Part shown: positions 27,486 through 36,754 of the stretch, piece by piece | Position numbering within the stretch: position 1 is the first letter of the stretch | How the letters are laid out: the number at the start of each line of letters is the position of its first letter | From: an uncultured Devosia sp. | GTDB taxonomy: Bacteria; Pseudomonadota; Alphaproteobacteria; Rhizobiales; Devosiaceae | DNA length: 53,956 nucleotides | Assembly (NCBI GenBank): GCA_964414845.1 | Contig: CAYPYV010000002.1 | Location: 1 to 53,956 of the forward strand | Direction: 5' to 3' | Notes under the pieces: generated by a model | The model's input: only the letters and a program-made list of their open reading frames with translations | Told to the model about the DNA's origin: nothing | Databases searched by the model: none | Program-made: the position numbers and the translations under genes

Positions 27486-29003
27486 TCAGACGGCGCCGCT
27501 CTCTCGCCCGGCCTTGAGATCGCGCCGCATACCGAGGACGATGGATAGCAAAGCACCCGCGACGATGCCGCCGACGAGGCCGAGCACGATGAGCACGGGC
27601 GTGCTGGGCGGCCACGACCGGTCGGTGGGCGGCAGCGCCGTCGAAATGACACGGACATTCGAGGTGTCGATCTGCTCGCGCTCGGTGACCTCCCGGGCGC
27701 GGGACAGGAAAGCCTCGTAGATGGTGACCTTCGACGCGGCATCGCGCTCGAGTTCGCGCAGGCCGACCTGCAGGGCATTGTCGCTGAATACGCTCGACTG
27801 CAGGCTGCCCTGCTTGGCTTCGAGGGCGGCAAGCGCGGTCCGCGCCTCGTCGACCGCCGCCTTTGCCCCGCCAACCAGCCGGGCGATCTCCTGGGTCAGC
27901 TCCAGTTCTGCATTGCCCAGTTCGCTCTGCAGCTTGGTGATCGAGGGGTGCCTCGGGCCGTAGATGCTCGACTGGCTCTCGAGCTGGCTCTTGAGATTGG
28001 CAACATTCGCCCGTGCAGCACTGAGGCTCGTGGCCGTTGCCGGATCGTTGCTCGAGGCGTTGCGGCCCGCGGCGACAAGTTCATCATAGGCAGATTGCGC
28101 CGAAATCAGCCGAGACTGCGCTTCGACGACCTGGCTTGCGAGCTGCGACATGGTCTGCGTGCTGACGAGTTCACCGGAGGACGACGCAGCGAGGCCATTG
28201 GCCTTGCGGTAGTCCACCACCTTCTGCTCGGCCTCGGTCGCTGCGGCCTTGAGCGCATCGAGGCGCTCGTTCAGCGATTGCGCCGTGCGCGCGGCGCCGT
28301 CGGCTTCGGCCTTCGCCAGCTCCTCGCGGAAAGCGGCAACGATCGCGTTGGCAATGCGCATAGACTTGTCGCCATCGAGGGTTGTCACCTTGAGGGCGGC
28401 GACGAAGCTCGTGTCATCGGCCTTGGTGACGACCTTCTTCGCGAGCGCGGCAATCGCCGCATTGCGCGGGTCGGCCGGCTCGCCGGAATCCGGCCGCGAG
28501 AGCCCAAGAAGCCCGGTCAGGCTGAAACGCGGCGAAGGATCATAGAATTCCTTGTCCGTCGTCAGCGCGAGAGCATCCACGACGCGGGCGTAGACATTGC
28601 CCGAGGTCAGCACGCGCAACTTGGAGCGAGCGGCAAGGATGCCGGAGTCAATCTGCCCGGTCTGCTGGTAGAGATCGTCACCGACGACCTTCAGGCTTAC
28701 TGGATCGATGAGGATATCCGTCGAGACGCTGTATTTGGGCGGCATAAGCAAACCGAACGCACCGCCCGCCACAGCACCCAGCAGACCGGCCGTCGCCATG
28801 GCAAGGACACCCTTGCGGAGCCACAGGAAAAGCCTGCCGAAATCGAGCTCGAGGAAGTCCCCGATCCGATTGAGTGTCACCGTTTCGACTGTTGCGGTCT
28901 GGGGGGCGTCGGGCGTAGCGGATTGCGGGCGCGCCATGCGGTCGTGACCCAGGCGGGCATAGATCCGGGCGCCGGACGCGTTGCCTTCTGAAATACTGGC
29001 CAT
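27486..29003 (-). CDS. Polysaccharide co-polymerase (GumC/ExoP N-domain), no tyrosine kinase domain
   Basis: Two TMs flanking a coiled-coil periplasmic domain, YGPRHP, Pro-rich ALPPTDRSWPP before TM2; no Walker A. Confidence 0.88.
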   Translation of the reverse strand: MASISEGNASGARIYARLGHDRMARPQSATPDAPQTATVETVTLNRIGDFLELDFGRLFLWLRKGVLAMATAGLLGAVAGGAFGLLMPPKYSVSTDILIDPVSLKVVGDDLYQQTGQIDSGILAARSKLRVLTSGNVYARVVDALALTTDKEFYDPSPRFSLTGLLGLSRPDSGEPADPRNAAIAALAKKVVTKADDTSFVAALKVTTLDGDKSMRIANAIVAAFREELAKAEADGAARTAQSLNERLDALKAAATEAEQKVVDYRKANGLAASSSGELVSTQTMSQLASQVVEAQSRLISAQSAYDELVAAGRNASSNDPATATSLSAARANVANLKSQLESQSSIYGPRHPSITKLQSELGNAELELTQEIARLVGGAKAAVDEARTALAALEAKQGSLQSSVFSDNALQVGLRELERDAASKVTIYEAFLSRAREVTEREQIDTSNVRVISTALPPTDRSWPPSTPVLIVLGLVGGIVAGALLSIVLGMRRDLKAGRESGAV

Positions 29004-29132
29004 GACAGATATGTCTCGTTTTCGAACAGGACGTTGTTAGCGGTTTATATACCAAGTGGACGGCACCGCTTCGGGAATGGGAAATCTTGGTTAAGCCCTC
29101 GGGGTATGATCCGCCCGCTGGAGGGTTCGAGC

Positions 29133-30434
29133 TTGGACGACACACGATCGATAGCGCACGAGGCGAGGTCCGCGCCGGTGACGAACCATGGCCCGATTGC
29201 CGTGGTGCTCGTTCTGCTGGTTCTGGTTGCCATCGGGCTGAGGCTCTATGTGTCCTCGCACGTGATGAACCTTTACGTGGACTACAGCGACCCAGGCGGC
29301 GGCGGGCTGCTCGAGAAGTTCCACATCGGCACCTACGCCATCCTGCTGATGCTGGCAGTGGCGCTGTTCCTCAGGCCGATCTATCTCGTCGGCGATGAAA
29401 TCGCGAAGTTTCGCGCACTCGTTCGCTTCCTTCCGATCTGCGCGATACTTTTCGTCTACCTGACGGTGGTGGGACAGGGCCGACAGCCCGCCTACCTGAT
29501 CGATTCCTTCGCAATCGCCGCGGCTGCCGGGCTGCTGCTCTTCACGATCAATCCTGCTTCGCGCGTATTCATCGGCAACGCAATTGTTGCCCTCAACGTC
29601 GCGAGCGCGCTCCTGGCACTGGTGCAGGTGACGCTGAAGACGCAGATACTGCCCTATCTGATCGGTGACCTGACCTTCCGGCCGATCGGCCTCACCGAAC
29701 ATCCGCTGACGCTTGGTATCGTCTGCGCAGGCACCATCGCCTTCGTACCGCTCACCACCTGGCCAACCTGGGTCAAGGCCGGTGCCATCCTGACATTGTT
29801 TGTCGGGCTCGCCGCGGCCGGCGCACGTTTCGCGCTTCTCGTCTGCACCGTCGAGGTGCTGGCGCTTATCCTGTTCACCGAATGGCGACGCCTGTCGCCG
29901 CGGCTCGCTCGCATAGCGAAGCTGACGACGCTGGTCGCAGCCATTGTTGTTGGCGCGATCCTGCTGACGATTGCCGCAGCCGGAGGACTTCTCAGCCGCT
30001 TTCAGGGCGGTGTGGTCGACGCCAATGCCTTCGCGCGCATCGATGTCTATCGCATATTCAGCCTGACGACGCCGCAGCAGATCCTGTTCGGCAGCGATCT
30101 CGGGGTCATCGCCGATATCATCAAGAAGAAGATCGGTCTGCCCTTCATCGAAAGCTCGATCGTGTTCGTGGCCTTTCAGATGGGTGCGATCCTGGCCATC
30201 ATCTGGGCTTTCTTCGTGATGCGCCTCTTGCTGAAACTGCTGAAGGGACTGCCCATCGCCGCATGGATCGGAACGATGACGATCATTGTGACGGGTCTGT
30301 CGAACAATACCTTTTCGACCAAGAATCTGGTGGTTCCGATGCTGGTCGTGCTGCTGGTGACGCTCGGATCTCAGCGTCCGGATAAATCCACAGCCGGACC
30401 TAATGCAGATCCATCGGACAATATCAAAGTATAG
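29133..30434 (+). CDS. Polysaccharide polymerase-like membrane protein (VpsF-like / Wzy)
   Basis: About a dozen hydrophobic segments; GGLLEKFHIGTY, FRPIGLTEHPLT, GARFA, SNN..STK motifs; TTG start after GGAGGG. Confidence 0.72.
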   Translation: MDDTRSIAHEARSAPVTNHGPIAVVLVLLVLVAIGLRLYVSSHVMNLYVDYSDPGGGGLLEKFHIGTYAILLMLAVALFLRPIYLVGDEIAKFRALVRFLPICAILFVYLTVVGQGRQPAYLIDSFAIAAAAGLLLFTINPASRVFIGNAIVALNVASALLALVQVTLKTQILPYLIGDLTFRPIGLTEHPLTLGIVCAGTIAFVPLTTWPTWVKAGAILTLFVGLAAAGARFALLVCTVEVLALILFTEWRRLSPRLARIAKLTTLVAAIVVGAILLTIAAAGGLLSRFQGGVVDANAFARIDVYRIFSLTTPQQILFGSDLGVIADIIKKKIGLPFIESSIVFVAFQMGAILAIIWAFFVMRLLLKLLKGLPIAAWIGTMTIIVTGLSNNTFSTKNLVVPMLVVLLVTLGSQRPDKSTAGPNADPSDNIKV

Positions 30435-30527
30435 AACTTATATAAAATTTTACATATTCTCGCCCAAGGCCATGATTTACTTCATGGTTGCGAATATTAA
30501 ACGCCCAAAAATCACCCGAAAATGGGC

Positions 30528-30559
30528 TTAACGCCCCATTAACATTAATCATATCTTAA
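30528..30559. promoter_or_regulatory. Two tandem CtrA-type boxes upstream of wecB
   Basis: TTAA-CGCCCCA-TTAAC (30528-30543) and TTAA-TCATATC-TTAA (30545-30559). Confidence 0.75.
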
Positions 30560-30642
30560 TTCGTCGGTCCCGTGCGGCATACAACCCCGCTAGGATCAGC
30601 GTTGGGAACAGCCATCCCGAAGCTGATCCAACGGACACGAAC

Positions 30643-31797
30643 ATGAACTTCTTCCGCCCGCCGCGCCTCCATCGCAAGCATCGCCTGCTTATCGTCTTCG
30701 GCACCCGGCCGGAGGCCCTCAAGTGTTTCCCCGTCGCCCAGGCGGCGCTTGCCCATCCAAGCTTCGAAACCGAAATCTGCGTAACCGGCCAGCATCGCGA
30801 GATGGTACGTCAGGTGATTGCGCTGACCGGACTGCCGGTGCACTACGACCTCGACATCATGAAGCAGGGACAAACCCTGTTCGACGTCACGTCGCAGGTG
30901 CTTACAGGCATCGGCGACGTCATCGATCGCGCCAAGCCCGATATCGTGCTGGTACAGGGCGACACGACGACCGCCATGGCAGGCGCCCTGGCAGCCTTCT
31001 ACAAGCGGGTTCCGGTTGGCCATATCGAGGCAGGGCTGCGCAGCCACGACATCAACTCCCCCTTCCCCGAGGAACTGAACCGCCGCATCGCGGGCGACAT
31101 TGCCACATGGCATTTCGCACCGACCGCCGAAGCGCGCGCCAATCTGATTGCCGAAGGCAAGCCGGTCGAGCAGATTTTCGTCACTGGCAATACCGTGATC
31201 GATACGCTGCTACACTTCTCCAACCGTCTCGATACGGATGAGTTGCTAACGCGCGAACTCGCGTCGCGCTTCCCGTTCCTCGATCCGAACAAGCGGTTGA
31301 TTCTCGTCACCGGCCATCGCCGCGAGAATTTCGATGGCGGGATCGGCCGCATCTGCACCGCACTGAAGGTGCTTGCAACCCGTGGCGACGTGCAGGTGGT
31401 GTACCCCGTGCATCCGAACCCGAATGTGCGCAACGTGGTGCAGGAAGAGCTCGGCAACCTGCCGAACATCCACCTGATCGACCCGCAGGACTACCTGCCG
31501 TTCCTGTACCTCCAGAAGCGCAGCTATCTGGTGCTGACCGACTCCGGCGGTGTGCAGGAAGAGGCCCCATCGCTGGGCAAGCCTGTGCTCGTCATGCGCG
31601 ACAATACCGAGCGGCCCGAGGGTGTTGCCGCGGGTACAGCGCGGCTCGTCGGCACAGATATCGACAAGATCCTGCTCAACGCAAACCGCCTGCTCGACGA
31701 CCCCGCCGCGTATCGCGGCATGGCCGAGCGGCACAACCCCTATGGTGACGGTCGGGCGAGTGCCCGGATCGTCGAGGAGCTCGCGCGCCATGTCTGA
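30643..31797 (+). CDS. wecB: UDP-N-acetylglucosamine 2-epimerase (non-hydrolysing)
   Basis: FGTRPEALK, TGQHREM, QGDTTT, HIEAGLRS, HRRENF, TDSGGVQEEAP. Confidence 0.96.
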   Translation: MNFFRPPRLHRKHRLLIVFGTRPEALKCFPVAQAALAHPSFETEICVTGQHREMVRQVIALTGLPVHYDLDIMKQGQTLFDVTSQVLTGIGDVIDRAKPDIVLVQGDTTTAMAGALAAFYKRVPVGHIEAGLRSHDINSPFPEELNRRIAGDIATWHFAPTAEARANLIAEGKPVEQIFVTGNTVIDTLLHFSNRLDTDELLTRELASRFPFLDPNKRLILVTGHRRENFDGGIGRICTALKVLATRGDVQVVYPVHPNPNVRNVVQEELGNLPNIHLIDPQDYLPFLYLQKRSYLVLTDSGGVQEEAPSLGKPVLVMRDNTERPEGVAAGTARLVGTDIDKILLNANRLLDDPAAYRGMAERHNPYGDGRASARIVEELARHV

Positions 31798-33154
31798 CAT
31801 CCGCTCTGATATCCGTACCGTTTCCGTCATCGGCATGGGCTATATCGGCCTGCCGACCTGCGCGATGTTCGCCTCCCGCGGGCTCAAGGTCATAGGCGTC
31901 GACGTCAACCAGCACGTCGTTGACAAGGTCAACCGCGGCGAAATCCATATTGTCGAGCCTGAGCTCGACGACCTGATCCGCCGCGTCGTCGAGATCGGGG
32001 CGCTTCGCGCCGCAATCAGGCCGGAGCCGGCCGATGCCTTCGTTATCGCGGTGCCGACCCCGATGACCGATGACCACCGCCCTGACGTGAGCTACGTGCT
32101 GGCTGCGGCCCGCAGCATCGCCCCGGTGCTGAAGCGCGGAGACCTCGTGGTGCTCGAGTCGACTTCGCCGGTCGGCACGACCCGAGAAATGACGGTAGAG
32201 CTCGCACGCCTGCGCCCCGACCTGAGCTTCCCGCTCACCGCCGGCGAGGATGCCGACGTGATGGTGGCCTATAGCCCCGAGCGCGTGCTGCCGGGCAAGG
32301 TGCTGCATGAACTGGTGAGCAATGACCGCTCGATCGGCGGGCTCAGCCGCGCGGCGTCCGAGCGTGCCGCCGCGCTCTATCGCAGCTTCGTCAAGGGCGA
32401 GCTGTTCATCACCTCGGCCGAGACGGCCGAGCTTGTGAAGCTCACCGAGAACGCGTTCCGCGACGTGAATATCGGCTTTGCCAACGAGCTCAGCAATGTC
32501 TGCAACGTGCTTGGGCTCAATGTCTGGGAAGTCATCGAGCTGGCCAACCGGCACCCGCGTGTCAACATCCTGCAGCCAGGCCCGGGAGTTGGCGGTCACT
32601 GCATAGCAGTGGACCCCTACTTCATCATCGACGCAGCGCCGGAAGTGACGCCGCTCATGTCCGCTGCTCGGAAGGTGAACGCCGCACGGCCGCACCAGGT
32701 GGTGTCCGATATCGTTGCGTTGCGTGACCCGGCAAAGACGCTGAAGGTCGCGGCGCTCGGACTTGCCTTCAAGCCCAATATTGACGATCTGCGCGAGAGC
32801 CCGGCCGTAGAAGTGGTAAAGCTGCTCAGCGAAGAAGCCGGCTTCGATGTGCTTGCAGTCGAGCCGCACGCCCACGGGCTGCCGGCTGAACTCGAAGGCC
32901 GCGGCATCCGGTTCACGGATGCGCTCACTGCCATCGACCAGGCCGATATCGTGGTGCTGCTGGTCGACCACCGGCAGTTCAACCTCATCGATCCGGCAGC
33001 GCTCGACGGCAAGGTGCTGATCGACACCCGAGGTCTTTGGACCTGGCGCCGTGCTCAGCGTCAGGACAGCCGCGTGGCGACACGTGCCGCCGCTGCTCCC
33101 AAGGTCGAGAAGGCCGAAAAGCCGGCGCTGCGCATCGCAGGCCGGGCGGCATGA
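31790..33154 (+). CDS. wecC: UDP-N-acetyl-D-mannosamine dehydrogenase
   Basis: GMGYIGLP, ESTSPVG, PERVLPG, KLTENAFRDVNI, GGHCIAVDP; start MSDIR at 31790. Confidence 0.95.
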   Translation: MSDIRSDIRTVSVIGMGYIGLPTCAMFASRGLKVIGVDVNQHVVDKVNRGEIHIVEPELDDLIRRVVEIGALRAAIRPEPADAFVIAVPTPMTDDHRPDVSYVLAAARSIAPVLKRGDLVVLESTSPVGTTREMTVELARLRPDLSFPLTAGEDADVMVAYSPERVLPGKVLHELVSNDRSIGGLSRAASERAAALYRSFVKGELFITSAETAELVKLTENAFRDVNIGFANELSNVCNVLGLNVWEVIELANRHPRVNILQPGPGVGGHCIAVDPYFIIDAAPEVTPLMSAARKVNAARPHQVVSDIVALRDPAKTLKVAALGLAFKPNIDDLRESPAVEVVKLLSEEAGFDVLAVEPHAHGLPAELEGRGIRFTDALTAIDQADIVVLLVDHRQFNLIDPAALDGKVLIDTRGLWTWRRAQRQDSRVATRAAAAPKVEKAEKPALRIAGRAA

Positions 33155-33933
33155 ACGCCGGCACGCCCGGCTGGGCGCACCATCCCCTGCTCGCACAGCG
33201 GCGCATCGAGTTTCTCGATGCGCCGATGCATGCCTTGACCATGGACGAGACGCTTGCGCTCGCAACCGAGGCCATGCGCCGGCGCCGCCCGATGCACCAT
33301 ACGGTTGTCAATGTCGCGAAACTGGTCGCCATGCGCGACAATGCCGAACTGCGCGAAGACGTAGCCACGGCCGACCTGATCAACATCGACGGCGCCGGCG
33401 TTCTGCTCGGCGCGCGGCTCATGGGCCTCAAGGTGCCCGAGCGCGTGGCGGGTGTCGACATCATGGAGCGGCTCTTCGCCATTGCCGCCGATCAGGGCTT
33501 CCGGCCCTATCTGCTCGGCGCAGAACAGAGCGTGCTCGACGCGGTGGTCGATCGGCTTGGCCGAGAATACCCGACGCTGGTGGTCGCCGGCGCACGCAAC
33601 GGCTACTTCAAGTCCGAGGACGAGGCTGGCATAATCTCCGATATCAATGCCTCGGGTGCCGATTGCCTGTTCGTCGCAATGCCGACGCCCCGCAAGGAGC
33701 GCTTCCTCAAGAAGCACCGCGACGCGCTCACCCCGAATTTCGTGATGGGCGTCGGTGGCAGCTTCGATGTCTTTGGCGGCAAGGTCCGGCGTGCGCCGGT
33801 GCTGATGCAGAAGCTCGGCCTCGAGTGGCTGTTCCGCCTGCTGCAGGAACCCGGCCGGTTGTGGAAGCGATACTTCACCAGCAACCTGGCCTTTGCCGTG
33901 CTGCTGGCTGGGGCGCTGCTCAAGCGTCGCTGA
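33151..33933 (+). CDS. WecG/TagA/CpsF-family glycosyltransferase (GT26)
   Basis: DGAGV, ERVAGVD, GVGGSFD, GLEWLFRLLQEPGRLWKRY; ATGA overlap with wecC. Confidence 0.93.
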   Translation: MNAGTPGWAHHPLLAQRRIEFLDAPMHALTMDETLALATEAMRRRRPMHHTVVNVAKLVAMRDNAELREDVATADLINIDGAGVLLGARLMGLKVPERVAGVDIMERLFAIAADQGFRPYLLGAEQSVLDAVVDRLGREYPTLVVAGARNGYFKSEDEAGIISDINASGADCLFVAMPTPRKERFLKKHRDALTPNFVMGVGGSFDVFGGKVRRAPVLMQKLGLEWLFRLLQEPGRLWKRYFTSNLAFAVLLAGALLKRR

Positions 33934-33969
33934 CCCCTGACCAATCGATCATTGTCGCGATAAATCGTG

Positions 33970-33991
33970 GGCCCGGTGCATGCACCGGGCC
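33970..33991. terminator. Perfect 22-bp palindrome between convergent WecG-like and wzx genes
   Basis: GGCCCGGTGCA-TGCACCGGGCC. Confidence 0.6.
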
Positions 33992-34021
33992 TCATGCTTC
34001 TCGACAGGCGGACAAGAGGCT

Positions 34022-35464
34022 TCAGGCAGCGCGGGGACGAAGCGGGTTGAGCCGACGCACGAAACGCCCCGTTTCGGCGGGAAAGGCGAGGCTGAAGCCA
34101 AGCCCGGCAATCGCCACCCCCACAGATCCGCCGAGAGCGAGCCGGTAGATCGGCAACGCATCGCCCAGCACCCAGGCGCCGGTCCGCGCAGCAAGAGCTG
34201 CCGCGACGGAGATGGCAATCGCCTGGGCGATGACCTTGATCGGAACCGGCACCTTGAGCAGACGCCGTGAAATGACGATGGACAGCGTCAGGCTGACCAG
34301 CGCGCCGCCGGCCAGCGCCATGGCGGCACCCTCGGTTGCAAAGATCGGCACCAGGGCGAAGGACAGCGCGATGGTGGCGGCCGAGCCGGGCGCGAGCGAC
34401 CAGATCATGAGCCAGGGCCGCTTGAAGGCGTGCACGACATTATCAAAGACGAAGGTCTTGAGATTGGCGAATATGACTGCGAGCCCGATGAGCGGGAACA
34501 GCCAGTGCGAATGGCCCTGGTAGGCAGGAGGCAGGACAAGCTCCGTCACATCTGGCGATAGCGCGATGAGTAGCGCGGCGACTGGCAGCGAAAGCGACAG
34601 CATCACCGCCATCTGCTCGGACAGGAAGCGCCCTGCCCCTTCGGCGCCATCGCGGTCGAAACGGGCCACGAACTCCGGAAAACCGCCCATGTTGACGGCA
34701 TTGCCCACCATGTCGATGGGTTGACGCGCCAGCGCGTAGACGGCGGCGAAAAGCGCCACCGCCGCTGCGTCGTGGTAGATCTTGAGCACGATGCGTTCGG
34801 CATTGTTGAGCCCGAAGCCCATCAGCGCCATCACCATCAGAGGGATGCCGAACGCCAGGAGCTCCCGATATGTGAAGCGCGCCGGGCCGGGCACCAGGCC
34901 AGGTACCACGGTGAACGCGCCGATGACGGCGGCGACGACCGCGCCGGCGCTGGCTGCGATCGAGACCACGACGAAATCCTGCCAGCCCACCAGCATCACC
35001 GCGACTGGCAGGACGATCTGCAAGACCGCGCGCAACCCTTCCAGCAGTGCATAGTGCGCCTGCCGCTGCCGCATCTGCAGCAGGGTGAGAACGAAGCGTA
35101 CCGCGGCACCGGCCAGGAGGTAGGCCGTGACTGCCAGCCCGAAGGCGACAGGCTCCTCTGGAACGATGATGGGCGTTGCGCCAAGCGCGAGCAGTATGGC
35201 CAGCCCTGTCGTCAAGGCGCTGACCAAAAGCGCACGCAGCACACTGCCCCGGCTCACGTCGCCTGTGCCGCCAAGCCTCAGGAAGGCAATACGCAGCCAA
35301 TTGGCCAGGGCCATATCGGCCAGTTCGCCGACGGCCACAACAAGGGTGAGAAGGCCATAGGCGTCGGGGCTCATCATCCGGGTGGCAATCACCAGCAGGA
35401 CGAGCGACGACAATCGGACCAGCAGGACGGCCGGCGCGTAAATCAATGTCGACCTGAGCAGCAT
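34022..35464 (-). CDS. wzx: Oligosaccharide flippase (Wzx)
   Basis: Many TM segments, TRMMSPDAYG, ELLAFGIPL, EGAAMA typical of PST/MOP flippases; EPS context. Confidence 0.85.
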   Translation of the reverse strand: MLLRSTLIYAPAVLLVRLSSLVLLVIATRMMSPDAYGLLTLVVAVGELADMALANWLRIAFLRLGGTGDVSRGSVLRALLVSALTTGLAILLALGATPIIVPEEPVAFGLAVTAYLLAGAAVRFVLTLLQMRQRQAHYALLEGLRAVLQIVLPVAVMLVGWQDFVVVSIAASAGAVVAAVIGAFTVVPGLVPGPARFTYRELLAFGIPLMVMALMGFGLNNAERIVLKIYHDAAAVALFAAVYALARQPIDMVGNAVNMGGFPEFVARFDRDGAEGAGRFLSEQMAVMLSLSLPVAALLIALSPDVTELVLPPAYQGHSHWLFPLIGLAVIFANLKTFVFDNVVHAFKRPWLMIWSLAPGSAATIALSFALVPIFATEGAAMALAGGALVSLTLSIVISRRLLKVPVPIKVIAQAIAISVAAALAARTGAWVLGDALPIYRLALGGSVGVAIAGLGFSLAFPAETGRFVRRLNPLRPRAA

Positions 35465-35635
35465 GGCGGCGAAACTACCCGTTGTGTGAGTTCACCTTAT
35501 ATTGAGGAAAGTGCCCTGCACGCGAGCCATAACAAGGTCGATAGTAAATCACTGGCATTTTAATCGATTTGTTGGCGTAAACTGTTTCTTAAGCTTTCCC
35601 TAGAGGCTTGCGGGAGGCTGGCATACATTGCGGTC

Positions 35636-36754
35636 ATGTTACAGCGAATGACCATGACCCGACCTATACACGTCCTCGTGGCGGCCCCAGCAGGCACCCG
35701 CGGCCAAGGCGGCATCGACCGCGTGATGGATTGCCTGCGCATCGCGCTCAACGCCGATCCGACCGCAAATGTCGCGGTCACCTTCGGTTCGACACGCGGC
35801 CAGGGCCACCTGCTGTTCTCGCCTTTCTACCTTGCGACATTCTGTGCGCAGCTCATTGCCCTCAAGGCGATGGGACGCTGCGACTTGCTGCACATCAATC
35901 TCGCGAGCGAAGGCAGCACACACCGCAAGTTGCTCATCGCAGCGCTCGCCCGGCGGCTTGGCGTGCCCTATGTCATTCACCTGCATGGCGCGGACTATCG
36001 CGAATTCTGGGACAATGCGTCGCCGGGCTTTGCGCGCGCCATCTCGCGCATGTTCGAGGGTGCAGGGCAGATCGTAGTCCTCGGCACGGTCTGGGCGGAG
36101 TTCATCGCCCGGAAGGTACCGTCGGCGAGCGACCGTATCTCCATCGTACCCAATGCTACCGCTCGGCGCGAGCGACACCAGCACCGTGCTGACGGCAAGG
36201 TGCACATCCTGTTTCTGGGGCGCCTCGGCGACCGCAAGGGCGTACCGCAGCTTGCCGAAGCGCTGAATGCGCTGCTGCCGATCGAGAACTGGCGCGCCAC
36301 CATTGCCGGCGACGGACCGGTGGAAGAGGCCCGCCATCAGGCACAAGTGCTGGGGCTTGCCGACCGTGTCGCGCTGCCTGGTTGGGTGGGCCCGGCAGAA
36401 GTCGACGCGCTGCTCGGCAGCGCCGACATCCTTGTACTGCCGAGTCTTTCCGAAAACCTGCCAATGTCGGTAATCGAGGGAATGGCGGCGGGCCTCGCGG
36501 TGGTGACTACCCCTGTCGGCGCCGTTCCCGACATCGTGACCGACGAGGTGAGCGGCCTTATCGTGCCGCCCGCCGACGTGCCGGCCCTGACCGCGGCCTT
36601 GCGCCGGGTGATCACCGACGCCGCACTTCGCGAGCGTCTCGGCCGCGAGGCACAGGAGGTGCACCGCGCCCGCCTAGACCTCGCCGCCTTCAGTGACGCC
36701 ATGCAACGCGCCTGGCGCCGTGCAACCGGCACCGACGAGGGGACCCACTCGTGA
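35636..36754 (+). CDS. Glycosyltransferase family 4
   Basis: GGI, HLHG, FLGRLGDRKG, ENLPMSVIE (EX7E); start may be 35648 or 35654. Confidence 0.92.
   Translation: MLQRMTMTRPIHVLVAAPAGTRGQGGIDRVMDCLRIALNADPTANVAVTFGSTRGQGHLLFSPFYLATFCAQLIALKAMGRCDLLHINLASEGSTHRKLLIAALARRLGVPYVIHLHGADYREFWDNASPGFARAISRMFEGAGQIVVLGTVWAEFIARKVPSASDRISIVPNATARRERHQHRADGKVHILFLGRLGDRKGVPQLAEALNALLPIENWRATIAGDGPVEEARHQAQVLGLADRVALPGWVGPAEVDALLGSADILVLPSLSENLPMSVIEGMAAGLAVVTTPVGAVPDIVTDEVSGLIVPPADVPALTAALRRVITDAALRERLGREAQEVHRARLDLAAFSDAMQRAWRRATGTDEGTHS

Noticed and set aside
30643-33933. Enterobacterial common antigen locus
   Set aside because: wecB/wecC/WecG-like genes present but no dTDP-Fuc4NAc genes or WecA-type initiator; host looks alphaproteobacterial
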